The notes under the pieces were generated by a model that was not told the DNA's origin, searched no databases, and saw only the letters and a program-made list of their open reading frames with translations. Below are positions 49,868 through 64,000 of a DNA stretch of 64,000 bases, in pieces. The DNA is taken from the NCBI RefSeq assembly GCF_009914755.1, contig NC_060940.1, one strand, 5' to 3'. The position numbers and the translations under genes were made by a program. Numbering within the stretch: position 1 is the stretch's first letter; the number at the start of each line of letters is the position of its first letter. The DNA comes from the human T2T-CHM13v2.0 reference genome, Homo sapiens.

Positions 49868-50357
49868 TGTAAACCAAAAAGTGTGTGAGACAGGTCTCAA
49901 TCAATTTAGAGGTTTATTTTGCTAAGGTTGAGGATGAGTCTGGAAAAAAGAGACACAAGTTAGAGTGGAATCTAAAGCCTGTGCTTTTTCCCAAGACAAT
50001 TTTGAGGACTTCAATATTTAAAGGGAAAAGAGGGGGCAGGAGGGGAAGGAGGAAAGAAACAAGGAGGGGGAAGATACACAGTGAAGGGAGTGGTCACATT
50101 CTTGTGAGGCTCTGACCAGTGCTCAGTGAATCCACATTTTACATGTGAAAAGGAATGAGTGAGGGGAAAAGTCAATTATGTATTCATTTCACACTCAGTA
50201 GATCTACATTTTACATAAGATAAAATAAGCATGTGAAGTTATAGCTATCTGGTTAGGAACAAAAGAAAGGCAGTTTTTGCATTACTCAATTCCCAAGCTT
50301 AACTTTTCTCTTTGGCATAGTGAGTTTGGGGTCCTTAGATTTTATTTTTCTTTGACA
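49868..50357 (-). mobile_element. MER4-family (ERV1) solo LTR inserted in HERV-L
   Basis: tgtaaaccaaaaag...tttatttttctttgaca; perfect 4-bp TSD CCTC (49864-49867 / 50358-50361). Confidence 0.85.
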
Positions 50358-50686
50358 CCTCCAAAAGCCCTTACTTTGACTGGAGGGCCACAGTGCCCTT
50401 TTTGGGTCTCCTGGAATCAATGTCAGTTAGAGCCAGTATTGTAGTCCCCAAAGGTCTGATTATTTCCCTTTCCCCAGTGCACAGTTACCTATGGTAAAAG
50501 GCCATAGGTCCCTTTGGGGAAGGATGGGGAAAAGATTAACAGCATAAATCTTCAGTAGTGTACCAGGGTCCTTCCTCAGGGAGACTCAGCCTCTGCTTCT
50601 TTCAAGGGGTTCTGGGGTCTGTAGGCTAACTCAAGTCTGGAAAATGATTGAGGGACCATGATTCTCTGTTTTTATGATTTAAATTA

Positions 50687-50968
<282 letters not shown>

Positions 50969-52004
50969 GAATGTGGTAGGCTTCCCATCTATTTCACTTC
51001 TAGGATCACCATGATTAATTAACCAATGCCAACAGGAACACCATGATTAATTAGCCAGTGCCACAGGTCAACAGGAGGCCAACTATTCTGGTTGTTGCTT
51101 TGCCTTTGTGATCCATTATGGTAAACACGCCCATCTTGCCTTTGATGGTTAGTGCTGCCACTTGGCTGCTGCCACCCCGGAATCAATTATTCCCATTGCA
51201 TTTAAGTTTTCCAGTTGAGTGACTGCAGTTCCCACTGTAAGGTCTGGCCTACAGAGAAGAACAATTACAGAGCTCTTCAAGGATGCTAGTGTTCCCCTCA
51301 CAAATCTATTTCTCAAGCATTAGTCAAAGGCATATTTTCTGGTCCCTCCCAGTGTGAGTGTGTGACAAATCTACTCTATCATCCCAATCTCCCTAAACCT
51401 TTAAATCTCTTCTTGCATTAAACCAGGGGAGATCAGGCATCTCCAGCTCCATCATGGTGGGCCATCTTTTGACCCATGTTTCAGCCAACCAGTCAAGGAA
51501 TCAAACTATTCACATCTTTTCTAACTCCCCAAGCTGCAACAATAATGCAGACTCTCTGCTTAGTGAGCCTATGTTAGTAAATTTGGCCTGATCTAACTTT
51601 CTGTTCCTTCCACCATTATCCCACATCCTGAATATCCTTTCCCACACATGTTCTCCAGATTTCTGTGTGTATAAATTAGAAAACTCATGTAGTTCTTTTG
51701 GTGTGTAGCGTACCTTCTCATGGGTCACACTTTGTGCCTCACCTTTATGGGCCTGCTGGGATTAGAGACAGGTTATAGGTCTAGAAGTAAAAAGGGGTGG
51801 TGGAGCTAGGTCCAGAGGAGAATCAGCATTGTCTTGCCTGGCAACTGCCTTGGAGGAGGCCACTTCTGTTTCCTCAAGCAATGCAGGGCTTAATCCCCCT
51901 AGACAAGGGGGATTAACTTATAAAACCTGTAAGTGGTGTAAGACCTATACCACTGCAGACAGGGAGGTCACTTCACTTGGGAAATAAGACTCATCAGAAT
52001 CTAA

Positions 52005-52715
<711 letters not shown>

Positions 52716-53307
52716 TAGAAGTTCAGTGTCCCAGCCTCCTCAGAATCCTCCCACACATCCCTCCCAACTTACAGGGCCCATTCTTTCCCAATCAATACCC
52801 TCACCTTAACAGTAGACACCCTGAGGGGCTGAGTTTACCTTTCATTGTAAGTCAGCCAATTGGAGGATGAGGGCTTGTGTTTGATTTTCAGCACTTTCAA
52901 CCCTATGACCATACAGGAGAGAAGATTCTGCTTCAGGGCACACTTAGAAGCTTCCAGGCTAATTGTGTGCATCTAGAGCTGAGAAATTGAGTCCCTGTCC
53001 TCATTCTTTTCTTTCATCACTTTGTCTACCGATGTTAGGAGCAACTAACCCACATCATTCTATGCCTTGGCTTTCTACAGATGCTCAAAAGTATCATGCA
53101 CAGGGTCACTAAGTTCCTTGCTTCTTCTTAGCAGTGTACTAGGAGTATCAAGTGCATTTATTTTGTGTATCTCTATTAACAGTTCATGCCATGGACTATC
53201 AATGCTCTCCGTACTATGAGAAGTAGAATCTTTAGCATTTTGGGGTTTAATCAGATTACAGAGCCAATTCCAGAAACCCCAAAACCAAGTAAGGAACTTC
53301 ATTCTTA

Positions 53308-54222
<915 letters not shown>

Positions 54223-54565
54223 TCAACTTGATACTTTCCTATACAGTATTTTTGAAGGTTCTAAAGTGATTGAAAGGTAGCTAACATATATGGAATGCTT
54301 ATCATGCGACAAACATTTTTCTAACCACTTGTATGAGGGAAGTATTGATTTCTTCCCATTTTGCAGTTGAGAAAACTGAGGATTAGAGGGGTTAAGTAAT
54401 CAGCATATAATCACACAGCAACAGGTCTGGAGTCTGAACAACAATGCATCTGAATTGAAAGCCATGAAATGAACTGGCATCTATTGCCTCTTTTATAATT
54501 GTGGTGAAGGGGTAAGGGACTTTGTTTAATTGATAAACAACATTTTTTAAAAGCTAATAAATTAA

Positions 54566-54655
54566 GGGAGATAGATGATTGACAGATAAATAGATGATAG
54601 AGATTAGATAGACAGACAGACAGAGGGAGAGAGATAAAAGAGAGAGAGAGGGAGA
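54566..54655 (+). repeat. Degenerate (GATA)n/(GACA)n/(GA)n tract
   Basis: gatagatgattgacagataaatagatgatagagattagatagacagacagac... Confidence 0.85.
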
Positions 54656-54866
54656 ATCTTAATGGAACTTCAAGATGCCATGAACACAGTGTATGTATTG
54701 GGAGAGAGAAAAGATAGGCCACCACTCAATAAATACAACTTTAAGAAGCCAGAAAATACATACGGTGTAACAAAGAGACGCCTACAACCTCCAAATGACA
54801 GCAAAGATCATATTTGTTAAGTGAAGAAATTGTTTACTTTCTGGCCAGAAAGCTTGAGGTCTAGAA

Positions 54867-55345
54867 CAGGGATTGGCAGGTGACAGCCCGTGGGCCAAAT
54901 CTGGTCCCTTGCCTATTTTTGTAAATAAAGTTTTATTGGCACACTGCCTGGTCCAGTCCTGTATTTCTGGCAGAGTTGAGTAGTTGTGACAGAGGCTGTG
55001 TAGCCCACAAGTCCTAAAATATTTACTGTCTACCTCTTTTTTTTTTTTTTGACAGAGTCTCACTCTGTCACCCAGACTAAAGTGCAGACACCATCTTGGC
55101 TCACTGCAGCCTCAAGCTCCTGGGCCCAAGCGAACCCCCTGCCTCAGCCTCCCAAGTAGCTGGGACTACAGGTGTGCACCACCACACCTGGCTAAGACTT
55201 TATTTTTTAAGTAGAGATGGGGTCTCACCATGTTGCCCAGGATGGCCTCAAACTCCTGGCCTCAAGCAATCCTCCCACCTCAGCATCCCAAAGTGCTAGA
55301 ATATAAGCATAAGCCACTGTGCCTGGCCTGTCTGGTTCTTTATAG
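54867..55345. mobile_element. MER58A interrupted by an AluJ (55037-55329, -)
   Basis: cagggattggcag..gcccgtgggccaaatctgg..ttgtaaataaagttttattgg. Confidence 0.75.
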
Positions 55346-55806
55346 AAAAAGTTCCCTACCCTGTCCAGAGCAGTGTTTCATAAACTTTAATATACACACA
55401 ACCCACCTGGGACGCAGAATTGATTCAGCAGGTCTTGGGGGGCCTGAGATTCTGCATTTCTAATGTGCTACCAGGAGATCCCCGTGCTGCTGGCCCATTG
55501 ACCATACTTGTGTTTGAGCAAGTAACAAATATCTTGTGTGTCTCCATTCAGAGAGGGTACATGAACTGATTTATAAAAACCTTCAGGCATCAAAATACAA
55601 CACAGATAATTTAGGAGGTTTATTTGCCAAATCAAAGGATTCTCCACTTTTTAGAAGGATTTCTAGTGGCCTGCTTTGGACCACTCTTCTCCTTCCCACT
55701 TAATGTGTCCACACCCAGAGAGACATTGCTATGGTTTGAATGTCTGTCCCCTCCAAAACTCAAGTTGAAATTTAATTGTCATTGTGATGATATTGGGAGG
55801 CGGGAC

Positions 55807-56290
55807 TGGTACTGAGTAATCAATGGGCTTGCTACCCAATGTGCCCAGAGGCCAATATCATGGCACTGGCTTTTAAGAAGAGAAAAGCTTTATTGCTAGT
55901 CAGCTGGCAAGGAGACAGGAGGAAAGGCTCAAATCTGTCTCCCCACGCTAGGGTTTGGGTCAGGTTTTATAAGCATAGGGCAATGAGGCATGATCTGATT
56001 GGATCTTGCAATGAGATGATGTGGGGAGGCATGACCTGATTGGATCCTGCCATGGGGTAACGTCAGAGCTCAATCCGATTGGATTCTGGATCCTGCCATG
56101 TAGTGTCTGCTTCTGAATTCAGTCCCTGCTCCTCAGTCTGAGCACTTAGGTTCCCCCTGTGGTTGCACACTTGGTTCATCTGGGCATGCTCAGGTTACAT
56201 GACCTTCAATCTGAGGGTCCATGGCAAATGAAAAACAACTCACAACTTTGTTACGTAAAAGTTGAACTAGACTGGTCCGATGAGGTTACA
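55807..56290 (-). mobile_element. LTR47-like solo LTR inserted into an MST/MLT1 LTR (~55727-56602, +)
   Basis: Ends aaaagttgaactagactggtccgatgaggttaca; ggac duplicated on both sides; host MaLR LTR tgctatggtttgaatgt...cagactaagata. Confidence 0.7.
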
Positions 56291-57234
56291 GGACTTTTAA
56301 GAGGTGTCTGGGTTATAAGAGCTCTTCCCTCATACATGGATCAAAGATGTTATCACAAGAGTAGCTCAGGTATGGCAGGAGTGGGTTCATCCCCTCTTTA
56401 AAAAGCTCTGTCTCTCTCTCTCTGTGACTCATCTCTCTTTTACCCTCTCACTATCCACCATATGATGACTCAGCAAGAAAGCCCTCACCAGATGCCAACA
56501 CCTTGATCTTGGCCTTCCCTGTCTCTAGAACTGTGAACCAATAAATTCTGTTCATTATAAATTACCAGTCTCAGGTGTTCTAGTATAGCAGCACAAAACA
56601 GACTAAGATAGACACTTTTAAATTCCAAGCAGCACCCAGGAACATGACAGCAGGAGCCCCCAAATTTCAGCTTGCAAGATGATAGGGAGTAGGGAGAAAA
56701 TATCCAAACTTTCTTCCACATTTATATCTTTTATCAACCTTTAATAATGTCCAATGTGGGTGTGTGTGTTTTATAACAGAAATAATATATTAGTACAGTG
56801 AGTCGTACCTGCACATCACTTATAAACATGTAATAAATATATCCCATTTATAAATAAGTAAGTGTGCATGCTCTGGGATATGCACCAGTACACTAGTTTT
56901 GAGGCAACAGATCTACCCGAGGAGGCATCCTGTAGGTTGAAGCTGAGCCTGAGCTGTGCTCATATTCTGAGTCAGACCTTGGCAGACTTTCAGCTCCAGT
57001 GCCAGCAGGCAAGGCAAGCTGTGTGGGCACAAGTTAAGTTATTTCTCACAAGCACAGCAGCAGGTGTTCCAGAAAGACTTGGAAGCCAAACAGACACATT
57101 CCAGTCCCTGTGAGTGCCAGCCACATGAGGTGTCAGGGCACCTGGCAGAGCATTTCTGGAGAGGAATAAGGGAGTGCAGGGGCAGGGGATGTGGGTGATG
57201 CCAAGGAAAGCCTTGCACTAGATCAATGACAACA

Positions 57235-57410
57235 ATAGCAAATGTTGCTGTCATTTATTGAGCACCTACTACTTGCCAGCATCTATGCCAAGTTTTAGAA
57301 ACAAATTACTTCATTTAATCCTTGTGAGGTAGGTACTCTACTTATCCCCCATTTTACAGAGGAGGCAACTGAGGTTCAGAGAGGCAAAGTGACTTGTCTA
57401 AGGACACAGA
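57235..57410 (-). mobile_element. MIR
   Basis: atttattgagcacctact..ccccattttacagaggaggcaactgaggttcagagagg. Confidence 0.8.
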
Positions 57411-58450
57411 AAGTGGGGGAGAAAGACTCTGGTTTTTAGAAATATTGATTCTCCAAAAGAGCGATGAGATCCCAATGAAAACACTAGGGGTTTTTAAACA
57501 TTGAATTCTGAGCAAGCCACACAGTAGAGCTATGCACTAGTGATGACACTTGCACCTCTTTGTGGAGCACTTATTCTGTGCAACACTCTGTTGAATCTTC
57601 TACAGATGCCTCCTTTAACCCCCGGAGGAACCCTGAGAGACCCTGAGAGGTGAAGGGAGAGGAAAGGAGGCTGACTCACACAGGCTTCCTGGTGCTTCCT
57701 CAGCGGTGGATGCTGTCAGGATCAGACCCATGGGGTGGAGACCTTGGTGAACCGAAGCTCAAAGAGCCTGGCTGAAAGAGATGCTCTTTCTCAGCTCCAT
57801 GCAATTGTTGCCCTGTAGAAATGAGGGCTATGTTTCGTTAGGTCTTCCGATTTTCCAATAGAAGGCAGAAATCCGGACTTATACCTAGCATCTCTTGGTT
57901 TTATACCTTAACAAATTTTTTAGAATTTAAAACACTGCAGACCAAACAAATGACATCCATGGCCCAGGAGACCTCTGCGCTCAATGCTTACTTGCAGTAA
58001 TTTTACCTTCCAGTACATATCTACTCTGAGGGAGGTGAGATGCTTTGTCTCCTGTGACAGGCTGGAATGTGAGTTTCGTTACCATCCCATTTTACAGAGG
58101 GGGAAACTGAGTCTCAGAGAAGTGCACACCCAAGGCCACAGCGTGACTCAGAGACAAGACTGAGAGCTAAATTTTGTCTTGGTTCAGAGGCAAGCTTGGG
58201 AGCTAAAATGTCTCTTGGTTCTTTGAGGGGGGCTGGCCTAGGCTGCTTTGCTTTCAGCTGTCATTCTGAGCTGTCTCCAACAGTGTGAAGAGGAGGGAGG
58301 AGAAAAGGAAGAAAAGAGGAGGGGACTGGAGTCCATCCAGTCTGTCCCAGCTCCTGCCAGGCTCCATCTGACCCTAGGAGAGCAATCCTGGACCCAAGCT
58401 CCAGCCAAAAAGCCTCTCTCCTCCACTCAGGCTGGGAGGTTGCTTTCTAG

Positions 58451-58666
<216 letters not shown>

Positions 58667-58709
58667 TGACAGCTTTCCCCCTACCAGCTTTGTCATGGGC
58701 ACTCTTCTA

Positions 58710-58925
58710 GGCCCAGACACAAAAAGTCCTGGGTTTGAATCCCAGTTTTGCAGTTTACAAGCTGTGTGACATAGAGGAAGTTTCTTGATCTCTCTGAGCC
58801 TCAGCTTCTTCTAGAAAGTTGGGTCGCAATGGCATTCTCTTTGGGCTACTGTGCAAGGCAGATAAGATAACATGAGGAAAGTGCTTTGCACAGTGTCTGG
58901 CACTACAGGAAGATCTGAACATGGT
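58710..58925 (+). mobile_element. MIR
   Basis: cctgggtttgaatcccag..gctgtgtgac..ctctctgagcctcagctt. Confidence 0.75.
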
Positions 58926-59486
58926 AGTTTTGTGAGGGATTTGGCATCTGGGCCCCAACCCCACCTTGGCTGTGACAGCCTTCCCAGGGAGCTTTCAGAG
59001 CTGCTGCAGTGCCACCAGAGGTTAGGTGCGCAGGGAGGGAGACTTGTCCCTCTAATGGCCTCCCTGGAGGCCTGGCCCAGCAACCCCCAGCCTTGTGGGG
59101 CATCCCCAGGGATGAGAACCTGTCAGCCTTGGGCATGTGGCCTCCCAGTGTCCCATATGGAGGGTGAGGGTCTTCAAATGAGCTCAACTTCTTCCACTTT
59201 GCAATAGGAAGGCTGGGTTACTGATTCTGGGGGACCCTCATCTGGATGAGAAGAGTTCTGAATCCTATAATTTGGTGGCCAAGAGTCTTGACTGTCACCT
59301 CTACCAGGTTCTTTCCAGGCTTGTTTATGTTCATATATGGATTTATTTATCATAGCAGTGGCAGAGATATCATTTTTAAATCCCCGTTCAAGTAAAACTA
59401 ATAATGAAATACCTAGATGGAGATTCTCATAAGGCCAAATTATTGGGTTGTGATAGTGTTAGAGTGACTTTAAACAGAGGGTTGAT

Positions 59487-59665
59487 AGGGTTGTCAGATA
59501 AAATACCAATAAATAAATATTAATAAATTATTTCTTAGTGTAAGCATGCCCCAAATATTACATGGGACGTATTTATACTAAAAATTATCTGTTTGTTTAC
59601 CTGAAATCAAATTTAACTAGGTATCCTTCTTTTTTTTTTTTTTTTTTGTTAATCTAGCATCCCTA
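59487..59665. mobile_element. MER53 palindromic MITE
   Basis: TIRs tagggttgtcagat / atctagcatcccta; central self-complementary aagcatgccccaaatattacatgggacgtattt. Confidence 0.75.
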
Positions 59666-59736
59666 GTGGTAACAATAAGGGATAGTCTTAGCTCATTTGG
59701 GCAAGGGGTTTCAGTTCTGTCCTAAACTCTCTGAGT

Positions 59737-60105
59737 GTATTCATCAGCTCAGGCTGCGAATATCACAGACTGGGGAGCTTAAGCAACAAACATTTATTTC
59801 TCACAGTTCTGGAGGCTGGGAAGTTCAAGATCAGGATGCCAGCAGATTTTATTCCTGGTGAGGACTCTCTTCCTGGCTTGCAGATGGCCGCCTTCTCACT
59901 GTACCCTCACATGGCAGAGTAAGAGAAAGCTCTGGTCTCTTCCTCTTATAAGCACACTAATCCCATCATAAGGATGGGATCCCATCTAAATCTAATCACT
60001 TCCCAAAGGTCCCCCCTCCCAATACCATCACATTGGGAGTCAGAGCTTTAACATATGAATTGGGGGCAGGGAAGAGGAGAGACACAAACATTCCATTCAT
60101 AGCAG
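59737..60105 (-). mobile_element. MLT1A-type LTR
   Basis: atttatttctcacagttctggaggctgggaagttcaagatcagg...cattccattcatagca. Confidence 0.8.
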
Positions 60106-62084
60106 TGACTTGCCTCCTTACTCTCGGACCTCAGTTTCCTCACCAATACAATAAGCAAGTAGGAAAGAAGTTGAACAAAATATCCTTGCAGACTGCGCCT
60201 CGTATATCCCAAGATCTTGCCTTTCTGCCCAGCAAAAGTGGGAAGGGGCCAAGACTGAGTTTGAAAGCGGGAGTAACTAGGGGTATTTTCTGTCCTTCAC
60301 TAGCTTGTGCCCATGGGACCTCTCTGAGACTCAAGTTTCCTCACCTCTCTGAGCCCCAAGTGGGGATAACAAGGGTCCTTATCAAGGGTTTTGGAGATCT
60401 TCAATGAGCTCGTGCAGGTGAAGTGCTTAGCACATAGGAAGCATTTAAAAAATGAGTTATTGCCATTACTATGTTTGCCACTGTGGTTGTTGATGTTATA
60501 CTAGAATTGGCCAGGAGACAGTTTTCTATTCTGACAAAAGTCTTCAACATTGAAAGGAACTTCTGAACATCAGTCCCCAAGCCTCATCCCTACTCTATAG
60601 ATAAGGGGACTGAGATTGTGTCAATCTCAGCTACCTGGGAGAGCTCACAGTTTGGAAATGGAAGGATGGGTCTTAAAGATCCACTCAGCCCAACCTTTCC
60701 ATATTAAGGCTATGGAAACTGAGGCTACAGAGGCCAATTGAGCCAACCATGGTCATCACTGTCCAAGTGGCAGTTCAACTGCTTCCCAGGCTCCCAGCCC
60801 TACAGGAAGCCCAGTTTCAGCCTATGCAGATAGATTCTCTAGAGGAAAGTGATTTCAACACAGAGGGAATGTGTGTGAGTTTATGGGTGCATATGGGCAG
60901 GAGCGTGTGTGTTGGTATGTTGTAGGGAGGATTTAGGGGTCTCTGTGGGCCCCGGCCGACCATGAGAATACATGTACCTCCAAGGTCCTCCTTATTGAGA
61001 ATAGGCTTGGTTTTTCATCTTCTTCTGTGGACCCCCAGCCTTTAGGTACAATGCATAACAGGGCACAGGTCATGGGTCATTCATCCCACTACTGCAGACC
61101 TTTCATCACCCACCCCTTGCATATGCAAATATACGCAAATAGCACAACTCAGCCACCCCCTATGTTTTGGAGGAAAAAAAACTTTTCAGACATCTCTTAG
61201 AGACTTGGGAGGATTTAGACAGACTAAATCCTTTTCCCAAAACCTTTTCTCTGAACCTGCCTTTGATCTCGTTGTTTAAGTGGATTAATGAATGTAAAGT
61301 CCTCAGAACAGTGTCTGGCACCCAGTAAGAGCTACGTAAACATTTATTATTCTTCTTCGACCATCAAAAAGTTTCCTTTCCCTGACTCCTGAGCCCAAGA
61401 ACTCTCTATAGCAAAGGAAATTTATAGCAAAGTGTTTTGAAGCTCAGGATCTGCTTCTGCAGGGCTTCAGAAGCGTAGAAGGGGAATAAGTCAGGTTATG
61501 TAGCCTCTTCCTCACCCATCCAAGAGCCTGGCATTGCACTCTCAGCTCTGGGAAGGTTCTGTGACCCAGACTGTTTCTACTGTAATAATATCTAATACTT
61601 ACTAGAGTCTCTACCTCTGAGCTGGAACTGGCTTTTCTGTGAAGTAGGCACTATGATCATGCCCATTGTACAGATTAGAAAACTGAGGCACAAAGAGCTG
61701 AGTTTCCCACTAGGACCATCTGACTCCAGAGTCCAAGCTCTGAAGTTGGAGCATAGAGACATAGGCAACGGTGTTCCTACCTCCTAGAGCAGCCCGGATC
61801 CTAAAGTGTCCCTTGGACATTCTATCCAGTTCCCCCTCCTCCTCTATGGTCACAGAGCAAGCACTTTGTACATACTTCTAGAATACTTAGTATGCGATGA
61901 CTCTGCCATGTGCATGTTCCTCCTTCCAGACTGAGAGCAACCTAAGGACACAGACCTCAAGCCAAATAGGCACCCAGGAAACATCGACTTATTTGCTTAA
62001 TTGTTACATTTGGTGTTTAATAGATTTATTTCACAAATGAGAAAACTAAGACCAGAAAGAAGATATCTTTTAGAGGCGCTAGTC

Positions 62085-62292
62085 TGTTCAGGAGTTTCTG
62101 AATCTGTCAGACTCAAGTCTCAATAGAGTCTCAATCATTGCTCTGCCACTTTTGAGCCAAGACAGTAAGTGACTTACCCTCTCTGAGCCTTAGTCTCCTC
62201 ATCTGTAAAATGGGGATGATACGGATACTCCCTCCTAGGCTGATCTCAAGGAGTCACATACTAAACACCCAATGAATGGCTGCTATTATTAG
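62085..62292 (+). mobile_element. MIR
   Basis: ctctgagccttagtctcctcatctgtaaaatggggatgat. Confidence 0.75.
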
Positions 62293-63039
62293 CAATATAA
62301 GAAATTGTCTAATGCTTTTTTCTGTGTTTCATGTGGCCTCAGGAGTGGCTCACAGAAGGGGCAGCAAAGCTTAGATAGGAGAGACCTGGTGCCACCAGTT
62401 CCGCTTCCCAGAGCCAGGGCTCACTGTGAAGGAGGTGGTAGAACCCGTAGGACAGCAGGAGGGCACTGAGGGTGACTGAGTCCTCAGAACGCAGCAGCCA
62501 CCTTCCTGGAGTCTGTGAGACACTTTCTTCCAGCCCGCTGGGAGTGTCTGGGGCCTAGTATGGGGACTGGGTGGACAAATGTGGCCCCTGAGCCTCTCCG
62601 CCTCCCCTCCTGGCTGGGTCCCAAGACTGATCTGGGCAGGAGGCAGCAGGGTAGTGCATTTGTGGGCGGCTGGATTGGGGCCAGGGGAGCCAGCAGCCAG
62701 ATTCAGTAGGAAGGTGACAATTTATTCCTTTAAAAAGAGTGGGGGTGGGGGGGAGCCCTGAGTTCCACTGATGTGTTTTCTTTTCCTAACAAGCTCAGAA
62801 CTCCCAAAGGCTTTGACCCCCAACCCCAGCTGGGAGACCTTGGGGGCCTCTGATGTTGCTAATTGAAGGAAAAGACCATGTGGTTTGGCCTCCTGGTTTC
62901 CAGAGCAACAGCCCCTTTGTGCATCCCCTCCCCTCTGCCTCTCTCCCTCCACTTCCCCTCCCCCACCACCAGTCTCATCTCTTCCCTCTTCTCCTTCTCA
63001 AGTTCCCGGCCATGCTAAACCATTTCTAATTCTCCAACG

Positions 63040-63915
63040 CTCCATTCTCTCTCACACCTCCAGACCTCTGCACACACTGTGCCCTCCCCCCGGAACACTC
63101 TTTCTCTAACTCTTGTTCATCCTCCGGGTCTCAGTTGAGACAGCACCTCCTCTAAGAAGCCTCCCAGATCTCCAGGTCTGGGTTATGTTCCACTTTTAGG
63201 TGTTCCTGTGGCAACACCCTCTTTTCCCCCATCCAGGAAGGGAACTCATGACGCCGTGTCATAATCACCTATGGGATCCTTGAAGATGGGGACAGGGCAG
63301 CCACCAATTCAACTAGGGAGAGAAAGGGGCAAACAGCCAGTTTCTAAAATAATCGAGGGGGCTGCTCCCTGAAGTTTTTGCTGGCATGATACACATCCAC
63401 AAATTACATGCTAATGACATCTTTATTTTTGCTCTTCTTTTTCTTTTTCTTTCTTTCTTTTTTTTAGAGACAAGGTCTTGCTCTGTTGCCCAGGCTGGAG
63501 TACAGTGGTATGGTCATAGCTTGCTGCAGCCTGGAACTTCTGGGCTCAAGTGATGCTCCCTCTTCAGTCTCTTGAGTAGCTGGGACTACAGGCATGTGCC
63601 ACCACATATGGCTAATTTACAAAAAGTGTTTTTGTAAAGGTGGAATCTTGCTATACTGCCCAGGCTGGTCTCAAACTCCTGGCCTCAAACGATCCTCCTG
63701 CCTTTGCCTCCCAAAGTCTGGGATTACAGGCATGAGCCACTGCACCTGGCCTGTGCTTATTTTTCTTAGGTTTGGTCTTCATAGACCATAAGGCTCATGA
63801 GGTCAGAAGGCGCATCTGTGTAGTATACCACACAGTATCTTCAGCTTGTAACCTACTGCCTGAGACCAAGTAGGTGCTCAAATAGTACTTGTTGAATGGA
63901 TAAAGGAATTAATGA
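63040..63915 (+). mobile_element. L2 3' fragment interrupted by an AluJ (63434-63751, -)
   Basis: cacctcctctaagaagcctccc...taggtgctcaaatagtacttgttgaatgga. Confidence 0.65.
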
Positions 63916-64000
63916 AGGACCAGACCATCAAGATTGGAGCAAAAGGAAATGGGCTTAAATGCAGTAGGACTCTCTAGGTTTGGAGCTAGACAGGCTGGCT

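Overview
Human genomic DNA: it is dense in Alu/L1/L2/MIR/LTR repeats and carries a perfect human-specific AluYa5. It is not a microbial region. Positions 1-39507 appear to be the distal part of the very long last intron of SYT17 (synaptotagmin-17, + strand). Its terminal coding exon is at 39508-39704 and its 3'UTR runs to about 40945. Next comes an intergenic region dominated by an ancient two-LTR HERV-L/MLT2 provirus (45112-54222, - strand, nested with later insertions), then the signal-peptide exon of CLEC19A (58460-58547) and the start of its first intron. Almost all ORFs in the supplied track are repeat-derived noise. I found no convincing new gene system. The most unusual structure is a perfect 73-bp inverted copy of unique intronic sequence (26751-26823) inserted into an old AluJ (26121-26193). 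It brackets an inverted Alu pair and is complementary to the body of a candidate stop-containing cryptic SYT17 exon (26701-26855). Repeat subfamily names are from memory of consensus sequences, and boundaries without a stated TSD are approximate.
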